Position numbers and translations under genes: made by a program. The notes beneath the pieces are model-generated. The model searched no databases and was not told where the DNA came from. It saw only the letters and a list, made by a program, of their open reading frames with translations. Positions 28,638 through 36,834 of a stretch of 64,000 bases of DNA are shown one piece after another; within the stretch, counting starts at the first letter, position 1; every line of letters begins with the position of its first letter. This DNA is from Candidatus Latescibacterota bacterium (lineage in GTDB: Bacteria; Latescibacterota; UBA2968): assembly GCA_965205975.1 (NCBI GenBank), contig OZ242195.1, forward strand, positions 3,008,001-3,072,000. The letters are read 5' to 3'.

Positions 28638-31439
28638 CTATTCACTCAATTCGCGCAACAAATCGCGCGCCTGCACATTGCCCGGCTCTCGCGCAATCAC
28701 GCGCCGCAAAACCGCAACCGCGCTATCTCGCTGTCCACTTATGGCATAAGCCTGTCCCATAAACAACTCCAATCCCTGCGCTTCTGGCTCCAGTATCCAC
28801 GCTTGCCGATATACAGACAGCGCACCTTCTATATCGCCGCGCTCCTGTAAAACCGTACCCAGCACAGTAAGCGCGGGCACATAAAAAGGATCGACAATCA
28901 ACGCATCCAGCAAAAGGGATTCCGCAGCCTCTAACTCGCCCAAATCAGCGCGAATAAGCCCCTGCATCGCATACACATCAGCGCGGTTGGCATGGTATTT
29001 CACCGCAACCTCAAAATGCGGCAACGCATCTGCGAGCGCACCCCGCACATAAACGCGGTGCCCGGCGTCAAAAGCCGAATCCGATTTTGCTTTCCCCGCT
29101 TCTCGCGCCTGCCTGCCCAATCCAAACGATCCCGTACCCGCATCCTCCATTTCCAACGCCCTGTGGTATGCCGCGCGCGCCAATGCCCAATCGCCCGACA
29201 GCGCGTGTGCAGTCCCTCTTTCCACCCAATCGCCTATCGGCATCTCATCCCACTCATAATCATCGCGCACCTCGCCATCCCCAGCCGAAAACGCCAATAA
29301 CGCGAGTTGTCGAATCGCTGGCACGTATCCCGGCGCAACAGCAAGTGCGCGGCGATAGGCTTCAATAGCACCTGCGCGATCCCCACTGCCCCACCGCGCA
29401 TCCCCCACAGCCGTCTGCAAAACCGGCGAACCATCGCGCACATCGTCAAAAGCCGTATCTGCATAGCGCCCATGGTGCAACAGCAATGCACCTGTGCGCA
29501 ACCGGGAAGTCAAATCGCTCTTCCCCTTCAGCAAACCCCTCATCTCCTCAAAACGCTCCTGTTTTCGCGCCAATCGCGCCAGATCCGCCGCGGTCTCCGG
29601 GTGCAGGGGATCTAACTTCGCAACAATCTCAAATTCCCGCCTCGCATCTTCAAAAAGCCCCTGCGCTTCATAGACCTGCCCCAAACTCTCGTGAAAACCC
29701 GGATCATCGCCCTGCACGCCATACACCACATCGCGATGCTCCTCAAGTGCCCTGCGAAACGCATCGCCCACAGCAGAACCATCCGGCAAATAGCCAATAT
29801 CCATCAGCGCGAACGGTGCTTGCACCCGCACAATACGCGCCGAATCGGACAACGCATTCAAAAGCGCGGGCAAACCGCGCACATCGCCCAAACGCCCCAG
29901 CGAAATCGCCGCCTTCATCCGCACCATCGCATGTGAGTCATCCATCGCCTCAACCAGCGCCGGCACCACACGCGCATCCCCCAAACCGCCCAGCAAAGAC
30001 GCAGCCGCTGCGCGCCACACCGCACTCTCACCCCCGTCGTTTACCAACCGCGCCAACGGCACCACACCACTGCCCTTTTGCCCATTGGCAATCGCTGTTG
30101 TACGCGCCACAATTTCGTCCTGATAATCGCCATACCACTGCTTTGCCCACGACGAAGCCCATTGTGCGGACTTATCGCCGTGACACTGATTGCACGCATT
30201 GGGCACGCCATTGACCACCGTATTTTCCGGTGCAGGAGATGCAATGCGATGATCCGTCAGATTCTCTCCCGTCACATAGTGATACGGCATGTGACACTGC
30301 ACGCATTGATTGCCCACACTCCCCGCGCGGTGATGCCCATGCGCGACCGGATCGGCTGCAATGTCTTCATGACACGTCTCGCACAACCCCACGCCATTCC
30401 GATCCGCCACCAGATCGACATCGCGCGCTGTTCCGTGCGCGTCGTGGCATGTCGTACACGTCAACTCGCCCTGAATATAACACGCACTCATCAAATGCAA
30501 TGCTGCGGGATACAAATAAACCCTGGGCTGTCCATCGGGATAAAAAATCGCCTCGTCATCTGGCAACACAAGAGAATAATAATCGTAAAAGTTCTCACCT
30601 GGCAAATACCCGGTCGCCACAATTTCCTTGGCCGCATGACACTGGGCACACACCTCGACAGACCGTTCCTTATCCAGCGACCGCAATAACAGCAAATGCA
30701 ACGGGGCATTGACCTGTCCGCGCGTCTCATCGTGTTTGCCCGACGGCCCATGGCACGCCTCGCAATCAATACTCAGACTACCCACAGTCGTGCGATAAGA
30801 CTGGGACGCCACATCGTAATGCTTTTGCACCCGGCTGGCATGGCAATCAAAACAGTGAAAATTCCAGGTGCGTCCCGCATTCGTCCAATAATAATAATCT
30901 TCTCTCGCCAAAGGCCGCGACTGAGCCACCACACCTCCTTCTTGAGCATCGACCCAATCATTTGTCGCGCCATCGTGATACAGAGGCAACACCTGCCAAC
31001 GCCCATTGGGAAAAGCCGTCAAATAAGCCTGGTGCTGCCGCTTGCCAATCGCGTAATCCACGCGGTATGCTCCAACGCGCCCTTCCTCATCTTCAGTCTC
31101 CATATAATACGCACCATCCTTGCGAAACATACGCGAACGCACACCGCCATACACATGGGACACATTGTCAAAATCGCCCACAATCGTCGAATCACTCGGC
31201 ACAGTCATCGCGACACTGTGCAAACTCTGCCGCCACTCGGCATACTTGTCGGTATGGCAGATCGCGCACCGTTCCAACCCGGTAAACCCCGGCTCAGAAG
31301 CGCGCACCAAATTGGGCACCTCGCGCTCCCGGCTGCACGACGCAAACACCAGAATCACCCATAAAAAGCAACCACAGATGAACACCGATAAACACCGATA
31401 AAAAGCAAGATACAAGATGTGAAATTTTCTGCACCGCAT
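28638..31439 (-). CDS. Multiheme cytochrome c lipoprotein with HEAT and TPR repeats
   Basis: Lipobox VFASC; eight CxxCH motifs; HEAT repeats (R.AAA..LG.LGD.R) followed by TPR repeats. Confidence 0.85.
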   Translation of the reverse strand: MRCRKFHILYLAFYRCLSVFICGCFLWVILVFASCSREREVPNLVRASEPGFTGLERCAICHTDKYAEWRQSLHSVAMTVPSDSTIVGDFDNVSHVYGGVRSRMFRKDGAYYMETEDEEGRVGAYRVDYAIGKRQHQAYLTAFPNGRWQVLPLYHDGATNDWVDAQEGGVVAQSRPLAREDYYYWTNAGRTWNFHCFDCHASRVQKHYDVASQSYRTTVGSLSIDCEACHGPSGKHDETRGQVNAPLHLLLLRSLDKERSVEVCAQCHAAKEIVATGYLPGENFYDYYSLVLPDDEAIFYPDGQPRVYLYPAALHLMSACYIQGELTCTTCHDAHGTARDVDLVADRNGVGLCETCHEDIAADPVAHGHHRAGSVGNQCVQCHMPYHYVTGENLTDHRIASPAPENTVVNGVPNACNQCHGDKSAQWASSWAKQWYGDYQDEIVARTTAIANGQKGSGVVPLARLVNDGGESAVWRAAAASLLGGLGDARVVPALVEAMDDSHAMVRMKAAISLGRLGDVRGLPALLNALSDSARIVRVQAPFALMDIGYLPDGSAVGDAFRRALEEHRDVVYGVQGDDPGFHESLGQVYEAQGLFEDARREFEIVAKLDPLHPETAADLARLARKQERFEEMRGLLKGKSDLTSRLRTGALLLHHGRYADTAFDDVRDGSPVLQTAVGDARWGSGDRAGAIEAYRRALAVAPGYVPAIRQLALLAFSAGDGEVRDDYEWDEMPIGDWVERGTAHALSGDWALARAAYHRALEMEDAGTGSFGLGRQAREAGKAKSDSAFDAGHRVYVRGALADALPHFEVAVKYHANRADVYAMQGLIRADLGELEAAESLLLDALIVDPFYVPALTVLGTVLQERGDIEGALSVYRQAWILEPEAQGLELFMGQAYAISGQRDSAVAVLRRVIAREPGNVQARDLLRELSE

Positions 31440-31451
31440 AACACGTCCTGA

Positions 31452-32303
31452 CTAACGCGCCTGTACCTCTCCCCGCGCACACCGAAACCCAATATGGGCA
31501 AATATTTCGATATCAAAATCGTCGCGCGCCAGAGCTCGCTCTTCCATAATTAAAACCGTACTCCGCACAAATACGCGGATACTGGGTTGTGGTGAAAACC
31601 AACTCCCACCGCGAAGCGTGCGATCTGGCCCATCTTCCATACCCGAATTTTGCAAATTCACCGGATTGTGCCTGGGGCTATTTGCGTAATACGTATGCTG
31701 GTATTCATCCACCGTCCACTCCCACACATTGCCCGCCATATCCATCGCGCCATAAGGACTTGCACCATCTGGATAGCTGCCCACAGGCATGGGACCCGAA
31801 CTGAAATTGAAATTACACAGCGATTCACTCGCAGGCTCATTGCCCCAGGGAAACACGCGCCCATCCGTACCTGCAGCGGCCAACTCCCACTGCGCTTCAC
31901 TCGGCAATTGCAAACCCGCCCACAGGCAATAATCCCGCGCCTGAGACCACAAAACCCCCACCGCTGGCTGATCGGCTTGATCAAACCCCTCTAATCGAAA
32001 GTACTGCGGCTCTTCACTTCCCGTAGCCTCCGCATAAGCCAAATACTGCGCGTTGGTCACCTCGTATTTATCGATATAAAATGCGTCGAGCATCACCTCG
32101 TGTGGCGGGCGCTCATTGGAGGGACCATCGCTCGACCCCATCGTAAAAGTGCTGGCCGGAACAAAAACCTGCACATGCTCCGTACCCGCAGGCGTGGTCA
32201 CAACAGATTCTTCAACCACATACTCTGGATCGGTGGGCTTGCCACAGGCCATGGCCAATGCAATACCCAAAACGCCGAACCGATAAATCGTTTTTGGTAT
32301 CAT
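31452..32303 (-). CDS. FGE-sulfatase/SUMF1-domain lipoprotein, probably non-catalytic
   Basis: Lipobox LAMAC; FTMGS, EVTNAQY, LPSEAQWE, DMAGNVWEW, RGGSW and GFRC motifs; lacks the FGE catalytic Cys pair. Confidence 0.85.
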   Translation of the reverse strand: MIPKTIYRFGVLGIALAMACGKPTDPEYVVEESVVTTPAGTEHVQVFVPASTFTMGSSDGPSNERPPHEVMLDAFYIDKYEVTNAQYLAYAEATGSEEPQYFRLEGFDQADQPAVGVLWSQARDYCLWAGLQLPSEAQWELAAAGTDGRVFPWGNEPASESLCNFNFSSGPMPVGSYPDGASPYGAMDMAGNVWEWTVDEYQHTYYANSPRHNPVNLQNSGMEDGPDRTLRGGSWFSPQPSIRVFVRSTVLIMEERALARDDFDIEIFAHIGFRCARGEVQAR

Positions 32304-32323
32304 TGCATTCTCCTGCGACAGGC

Positions 32324-32420
32324 GCGAATCAACGAATCTGCGAAAGCATTTGGGTGGCGGGGTGGGGTTCGTCTATTCTCTATTCGTCTATTCGTCTATT
32401 CGTCTATTCGTCTATTCGTC
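32324..32420. repeat. Composite octamer repeat element (GAATCAAC/GAATCTGC units, core, GAATAGAC units)
   Basis: (CTATTCGT)n run plus reverse-complement core GAACCCC..CCC..CCCAAA; related elements at 47773-47846, 48883-48978 and 55963-56057. Confidence 0.8.
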
Positions 32421-32423
32421 CTC

Positions 32424-33434
32424 TCACATCCAAACAATATAATTGCCCGAATCCACCATAATGCGATGCACATACGTCTCGATCATCGCGTGGTCCCGCT
32501 CGTGTTCTGTAGTCTCTAAGCTAAAAGGCCGCAACACCGGAATCTGCATCTCTGGATCTGTCCAATCTTGCACATAAACCGAAGATTTCATACCACTCAA
32601 CACCACCTGAATATCGGTTATCAAATCATCCGTAAAATGATTGGGCAAATCCCACAGTGCAATCTCGGCATTAAAAGTCTGCAAATCAGATACAAACCGC
32701 GTCTTGTGACTCTGAACAGTCTCATTAAACGCCCGCTGCAACGCGATGCGCCCATCCAAATGCGTACACGTACGCACCAGAGGCCCCAAATCTTTGGGAC
32801 ACACCACCGCGTGAACCGTCGTCACCTTCTCATTCTCCCCCGGCACGGCCACAGCCAGCATCTTTTCTGCAACGCGAGGAGCAAAATCCGTCAAATTTGG
32901 ATCGATAAACTGCCGGTGTTCCAATCCCGGCCAATAAAAATGCCTCCCCACATCCAGGTGTTCGTGCATCTCCAGCAAACCGTGAAACACGCACTCCAGC
33001 ACAGTATTGCCCGCCGAAACGCCATTTGCCGAATCATTCAAATGCGGCACATCCGAAGCCTTCATATCGGTCGGCACAAGTTCGACATCAGAAGTCAACT
33101 CATAAATCGGAGTCTCTCGCCCGCTCGCCAGCGCGTCAAAAAACGAAATGCGCTCGACCGCCTCTGCCATCGCCCCCGCCAGCACCTGCTGTTTGGAAAG
33201 CCCTTTGCCCATCGTGCGAAGCGCGATACCCTCCATCAGCGGCCCTTCGTATTTGCGAAACAGCGCCGACTGCACGTAATCCGTATAACAATCGGCAATC
33301 CACACCGTATCGTAAAACCGCCGCGCGCGCGTTTGAAACCGACACTTCTTGGACAGCGCCTCCCCGAACCGCTCAATAGTCTCTTCAAACGGAACCGTGC
33401 GATCGGCAATAACGATATGATGCGACTCACTCAT
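32424..33434 (-). CDS. YcaO-like family protein (short, divergent)
   Basis: GKGLS..Q..AGAMAEAVER and SANGVSAGNT..E...HGLLEMHE ATP-binding motifs, A..RA..E..Q, D.T.PE..IPV.R. Confidence 0.8.
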   Translation of the reverse strand: MSESHHIVIADRTVPFEETIERFGEALSKKCRFQTRARRFYDTVWIADCYTDYVQSALFRKYEGPLMEGIALRTMGKGLSKQQVLAGAMAEAVERISFFDALASGRETPIYELTSDVELVPTDMKASDVPHLNDSANGVSAGNTVLECVFHGLLEMHEHLDVGRHFYWPGLEHRQFIDPNLTDFAPRVAEKMLAVAVPGENEKVTTVHAVVCPKDLGPLVRTCTHLDGRIALQRAFNETVQSHKTRFVSDLQTFNAEIALWDLPNHFTDDLITDIQVVLSGMKSSVYVQDWTDPEMQIPVLRPFSLETTEHERDHAMIETYVHRIMVDSGNYIVWM

Positions 33435-34564
33435 TGCGCCCGTGCCCGATTCATATCTTCAACCGCCTCGGCAAACCGTCCCATTTGCCGAAACGTCTCC
33501 GCGCGGAGTTCTCGTGCCCATCCATTTTCGGGATCGATATCCAACGCCCGCGTAAAATCTGAAACCGCTGCCTCATACTGCCCCAGCATCCGTCGGGACT
33601 CCCCGCGATTTGCCCAAACCCACGCATCACCATCATCCATCATCACCGCCCGATCAAAATCGATCAGCGACGCCTCGGGATCATTTTCCATCCGCAACGC
33701 GACGCCGCGCCCCATAAGCGCCCACAGATGATCGGGAAAATTCTCCAGCACCCGTGTAAAATCGCGTATTGCTTCGGCACTTCGCCCCAATTGCCGCAAC
33801 ATATCACCCCGCGCGGCCCACAAATCCGGATCACCAGGCGCGACGACGAGTGCGCGGTCAAAATCCAAAAGCGCATCCTCCAATTGACCGATCTCCCGCA
33901 GCACCTCGCCCCGCCCGATCAACGCGCCCAGATGATCGGGCATAGCCTTCAAAGCCTCCCCAAACATCTCCATCGCAGCCCCAGCTTCATCAGCCTGTCG
34001 ATAGACCTCCGCCCGTCCGGCAAACGCATCCGGATGCCCATTGCCCACCGCAATCGCCCGATCAAAATCGCCCGCCGCCGCATCGAAATGCCCCAACTGC
34101 ATCAGCACATGCCCGCGGCTGATCAGCGCGCCAAAATAATCTGCATCCAACGCCAAAACCCGATTGAGATCCCCCAGTGCCTCCTCAAACCGCCCCATCT
34201 CGCGCAGGGTCTCCCCCCGGCTGGCAAGTGCCTGCGTATTGTCCGGATCGAGCGCAACAGCCTTTCCAAAGCTATCTATCGCCGCATCAAAATGCCCCAT
34301 CAACCCGCAGGCAATCGCGCGATTACTCCACACCCATGGATCGTCTGGCGCCAGAGCGATTGCGCGGTCAAAATCCGCAATCGCCGCATCAAATTGTCCC
34401 AATTGTCCATAAGTAATCCCGCGATGCACAAACACAACGGCATCGCTATCACACGCCGCAATCGCCGCATCAAAACCCGCAACAGCCGCTTTCAGATCGC
34501 CACCATCGCGGTGCGCGATGGCGCGCTGAACCACAGCTTCAAAGTCATTTATAGATAGAGGCAT
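33431..34564 (-). CDS. Tetratricopeptide-repeat protein (about 10 TPRs)
   Basis: Regular 34-aa repeats RG....LG....A..DF.RA...P. Start taken at MPLSIND; stop overlaps the ycaO ATG. Confidence 0.9.
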   Translation of the reverse strand: MPLSINDFEAVVQRAIAHRDGGDLKAAVAGFDAAIAACDSDAVVFVHRGITYGQLGQFDAAIADFDRAIALAPDDPWVWSNRAIACGLMGHFDAAIDSFGKAVALDPDNTQALASRGETLREMGRFEEALGDLNRVLALDADYFGALISRGHVLMQLGHFDAAAGDFDRAIAVGNGHPDAFAGRAEVYRQADEAGAAMEMFGEALKAMPDHLGALIGRGEVLREIGQLEDALLDFDRALVVAPGDPDLWAARGDMLRQLGRSAEAIRDFTRVLENFPDHLWALMGRGVALRMENDPEASLIDFDRAVMMDDGDAWVWANRGESRRMLGQYEAAVSDFTRALDIDPENGWARELRAETFRQMGRFAEAVEDMNRARAQ

Positions 34565-34728
34565 AAAAGAAAAAGTGGGAACCGTCAGACACCCAAAACG
34601 TAAACACAATGTAGATAAACCAAACCCCAAAATCAAGCGCAAACCCCGTGACATTTTGCACGCGATTTAGTATATTACAGCGGTCAGAGGTGAGACGACC
34701 CCACCTTATCCTTCTTGTATCTCAAAAC

Positions 34729-34752
34729 GGGCGAGGCATGCCTCGCCCCTAC
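34729..34752. repeat. GTAG-type REP-like palindrome (copy 2)
   Basis: Identical to 6778-6801. Confidence 0.8.
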
Positions 34753-34768
34753 ATTATGGAGGAACACC

Positions 34769-36070
34769 ATGAAACATCTGTGTATTTTTTCTATCGCCCT
34801 ATTTCTGTGCTTATGCACAACAGCTTTTGCCCAGCCCAATGTGGGTGAAAAAGTAGGTGAATTTCAGCTCCAGGCCCTCGACGGCAGATCTTACGGCGTC
34901 AGTCATTCGGCCAATACCGTCTCCGTCCTGTTTTTTGTAGGCTACAACTGAGGAACTTGCATAGGGGCGGGTCCCGCCTTTGAAAGAGATGTTCACCAAC
35001 GGAACAAAGACACAGCCGGCGTACAAGTTCTCACACTCGACAGATACAATGGCAACCGCGCACAGGCGCAATCCTATCTGACACAAGCCAGAGTAACGAC
35101 GCCCATGCTCACCAATGCCTCTGGCGTCTCCGCAACTCTCGGCACTCGCAACGAAGATATCCTGGTCGTTGACCAGGGAGGTATCCTACGCCTCAGAACC
35201 ACGGCAATCGCCACCGGCTCTCATCACCTGATCAACGCGCAAATCGATGCACTACTCAACAAAACGCCTGTTATTTCTCTATTCCCAAACGAGCTTTACT
35301 TTGGCAGAACCCTTGTCGTGGGGCAATCCAAAACCGTAGAGTTTAAGATCGAAAACACCGGTGCAGGTCCCCTCGAAATCACCGGATACTCGGCTCCCGA
35401 AGGCATCACAATGGAGCCATCCACCCTGACCATAGCGCCCGGCGAAAGCAAAACCGTACAAATCACCCTGACGCCAACACAGGCCGGCACATTATCGGGT
35501 AAAATCACCCTCCAGCACGGCGAACAAAGTGTTGGCACACTGGAAGTCCCTTTTCTCGACCTCACCATCGAAGCGCCCCAACTCCCGGTCATTTCACTGA
35601 TTCAGGAAAACTTGAGCCTGGGTGAAATCGAAGTGGGCAAAGACGTCACCACAACATTCACCATCACAAATACTGGCTCGGGTCCACTCACCATCACAGA
35701 CATCCAATCCAACATCGCGGGCATTGCATTTTCAGAAACCCAATTAACAGTGCCACCCGGTCAATCTCAAGACATCACCGTGACTTTCAGTCCGCCAGCC
35801 GAAGGGCCTATCACCGGCACCATCGACGTATTTTCAGACGACCCTGAAAAAGCCTCAATCAGTCTGACCATCACCGGATCGGCCATCTTCATCCCCGCTG
35901 ATCCACGCACCGACTTCGACGGTTCGCGCACCATTAACTTCGCGGACTTCCTCTTGTTCGTAAGTGCCTTTGGCACGACCGATGCAACCTTCGATCTCAA
36001 CGGGTCCGGCACTGTTGACTTTCCCGACTTTCTCATATTCGTCCAGAACTTTGGGAAAACAATCAACTAA
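34769..36070 (+). CDS. Putative selenoprotein: secreted redoxin (UxxC) + two ASH/Ig-like (choice-of-anchor D-like) domains + dockerin-like EF-hand pair
   Basis: Track ORFs 34715-34951 and 35105-36070 are in the same frame, separated only by TGA at 34949-34951. Readthrough gives VLFFVGYN-U-GTC in a thioredoxin-fold context. Signal peptide, GGAGG RBS and a hairpin 11 nt after the UGA. Confidence 0.85.
34963..34981 (+). promoter_or_regulatory. Candidate bacterial SECIS element
   Basis: AGGGGCGG-GTC-CCGCCTTT stem-loop beginning 11 nt downstream of the UGA, with G in the apical loop. Confidence 0.65.
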
Positions 36071-36074
36071 AAAA

Positions 36075-36104
36075 GTAGGGACAACCACTCGGGGTTGTCC
36101 CTAC
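36075..36104. repeat. GTAG-type REP-like hairpin
   Basis: GTAGGGACAACC-actcgg-GGTTGTCCCTAC inverted repeat just after the stop codon. Confidence 0.7.
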
Positions 36105-36132
36105 CCTCTGTAGTTATCCCGCACTATTTTCC

Positions 36133-36834
36133 ATGTCCCACCGCCAAACGCTCATCAACGCATTCAAACGCATCCTCGAAATATCGGATCACGACCATCT
36201 CTATTTGCCCTTTCAACGCGACAGCAAATTGCGGGCAAAACACTTTCCCGGCGCAGGGTCTAAAATCGGGCGAAAAAAACTCATCGACGCATATCTCCTT
36301 GAATTTGGCGACACAAACCCCGACGAAAAATTGCTCCAACACGCCACCTATCCCTGGATTCACGGGTACGACGCCAGCCTCACGCATATTCTCGATGACC
36401 TCCGAAAACACGAAAAAAAAGCACCCGCCGAACTTTCTACGGACCGAAGACGCGCACTCGAAAAGAAATTTACCCGCACGGGTGCCGAAGAAATCTCTGC
36501 CTTCTGGAGCGTATATGCCGCCGCCGACAACAGCTATCGCAAAAGCGTCATAGAAATGCTAGCCCGCGTCAAACCACCCGAAACGGCCCCCCCGACCGTT
36601 CAGCCTACACAAAAGCCCACAACTCGCGCCCCCTCTCAAATAGAACCCACCACACAGTCGGGATATGCTTTGATGGGCGCGCTTATCTTCTTTGTCCCCA
36701 CCTTTATATTTACTATAATACAATATTGGCGACTCCCAAATGAAAGCCACTATATCGCCTTATCAATCGCCGGATTTTTTGGGATAGTCACACTCATCTT
36801 CCTCATCGACTACTTGCGTAAACGCAACACATGA
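36133..36834 (+). CDS. Hypothetical membrane protein (two C-terminal TM helices)
   Basis: Codon bias matches neighbours; Pro/Thr linker followed by two hydrophobic helices. Confidence 0.6.
   Translation: MSHRQTLINAFKRILEISDHDHLYLPFQRDSKLRAKHFPGAGSKIGRKKLIDAYLLEFGDTNPDEKLLQHATYPWIHGYDASLTHILDDLRKHEKKAPAELSTDRRRALEKKFTRTGAEEISAFWSVYAAADNSYRKSVIEMLARVKPPETAPPTVQPTQKPTTRAPSQIEPTTQSGYALMGALIFFVPTFIFTIIQYWRLPNESHYIALSIAGFFGIVTLIFLIDYLRKRNT

Noticed and set aside
31452..32303. FGE/CLec-fold gene as a diversity-generating retroelement target or an active sulfatase-maturing enzyme
   Set aside because: No reverse transcriptase or template repeat is visible, and the catalytic Cys pair of true FGE is absent.
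32367..32420. Tandem repeats as a CRISPR array
   Set aside because: Units are 8-10 nt and contiguous with no unique spacers, and there are no cas genes in the window.
32304..34768. RiPP precursor peptide near ycaO
   Set aside because: The neighbouring intergenic gaps contain only repeats or promoter-like sequence; no short ORF with an RBS and a leader/core pattern was found.
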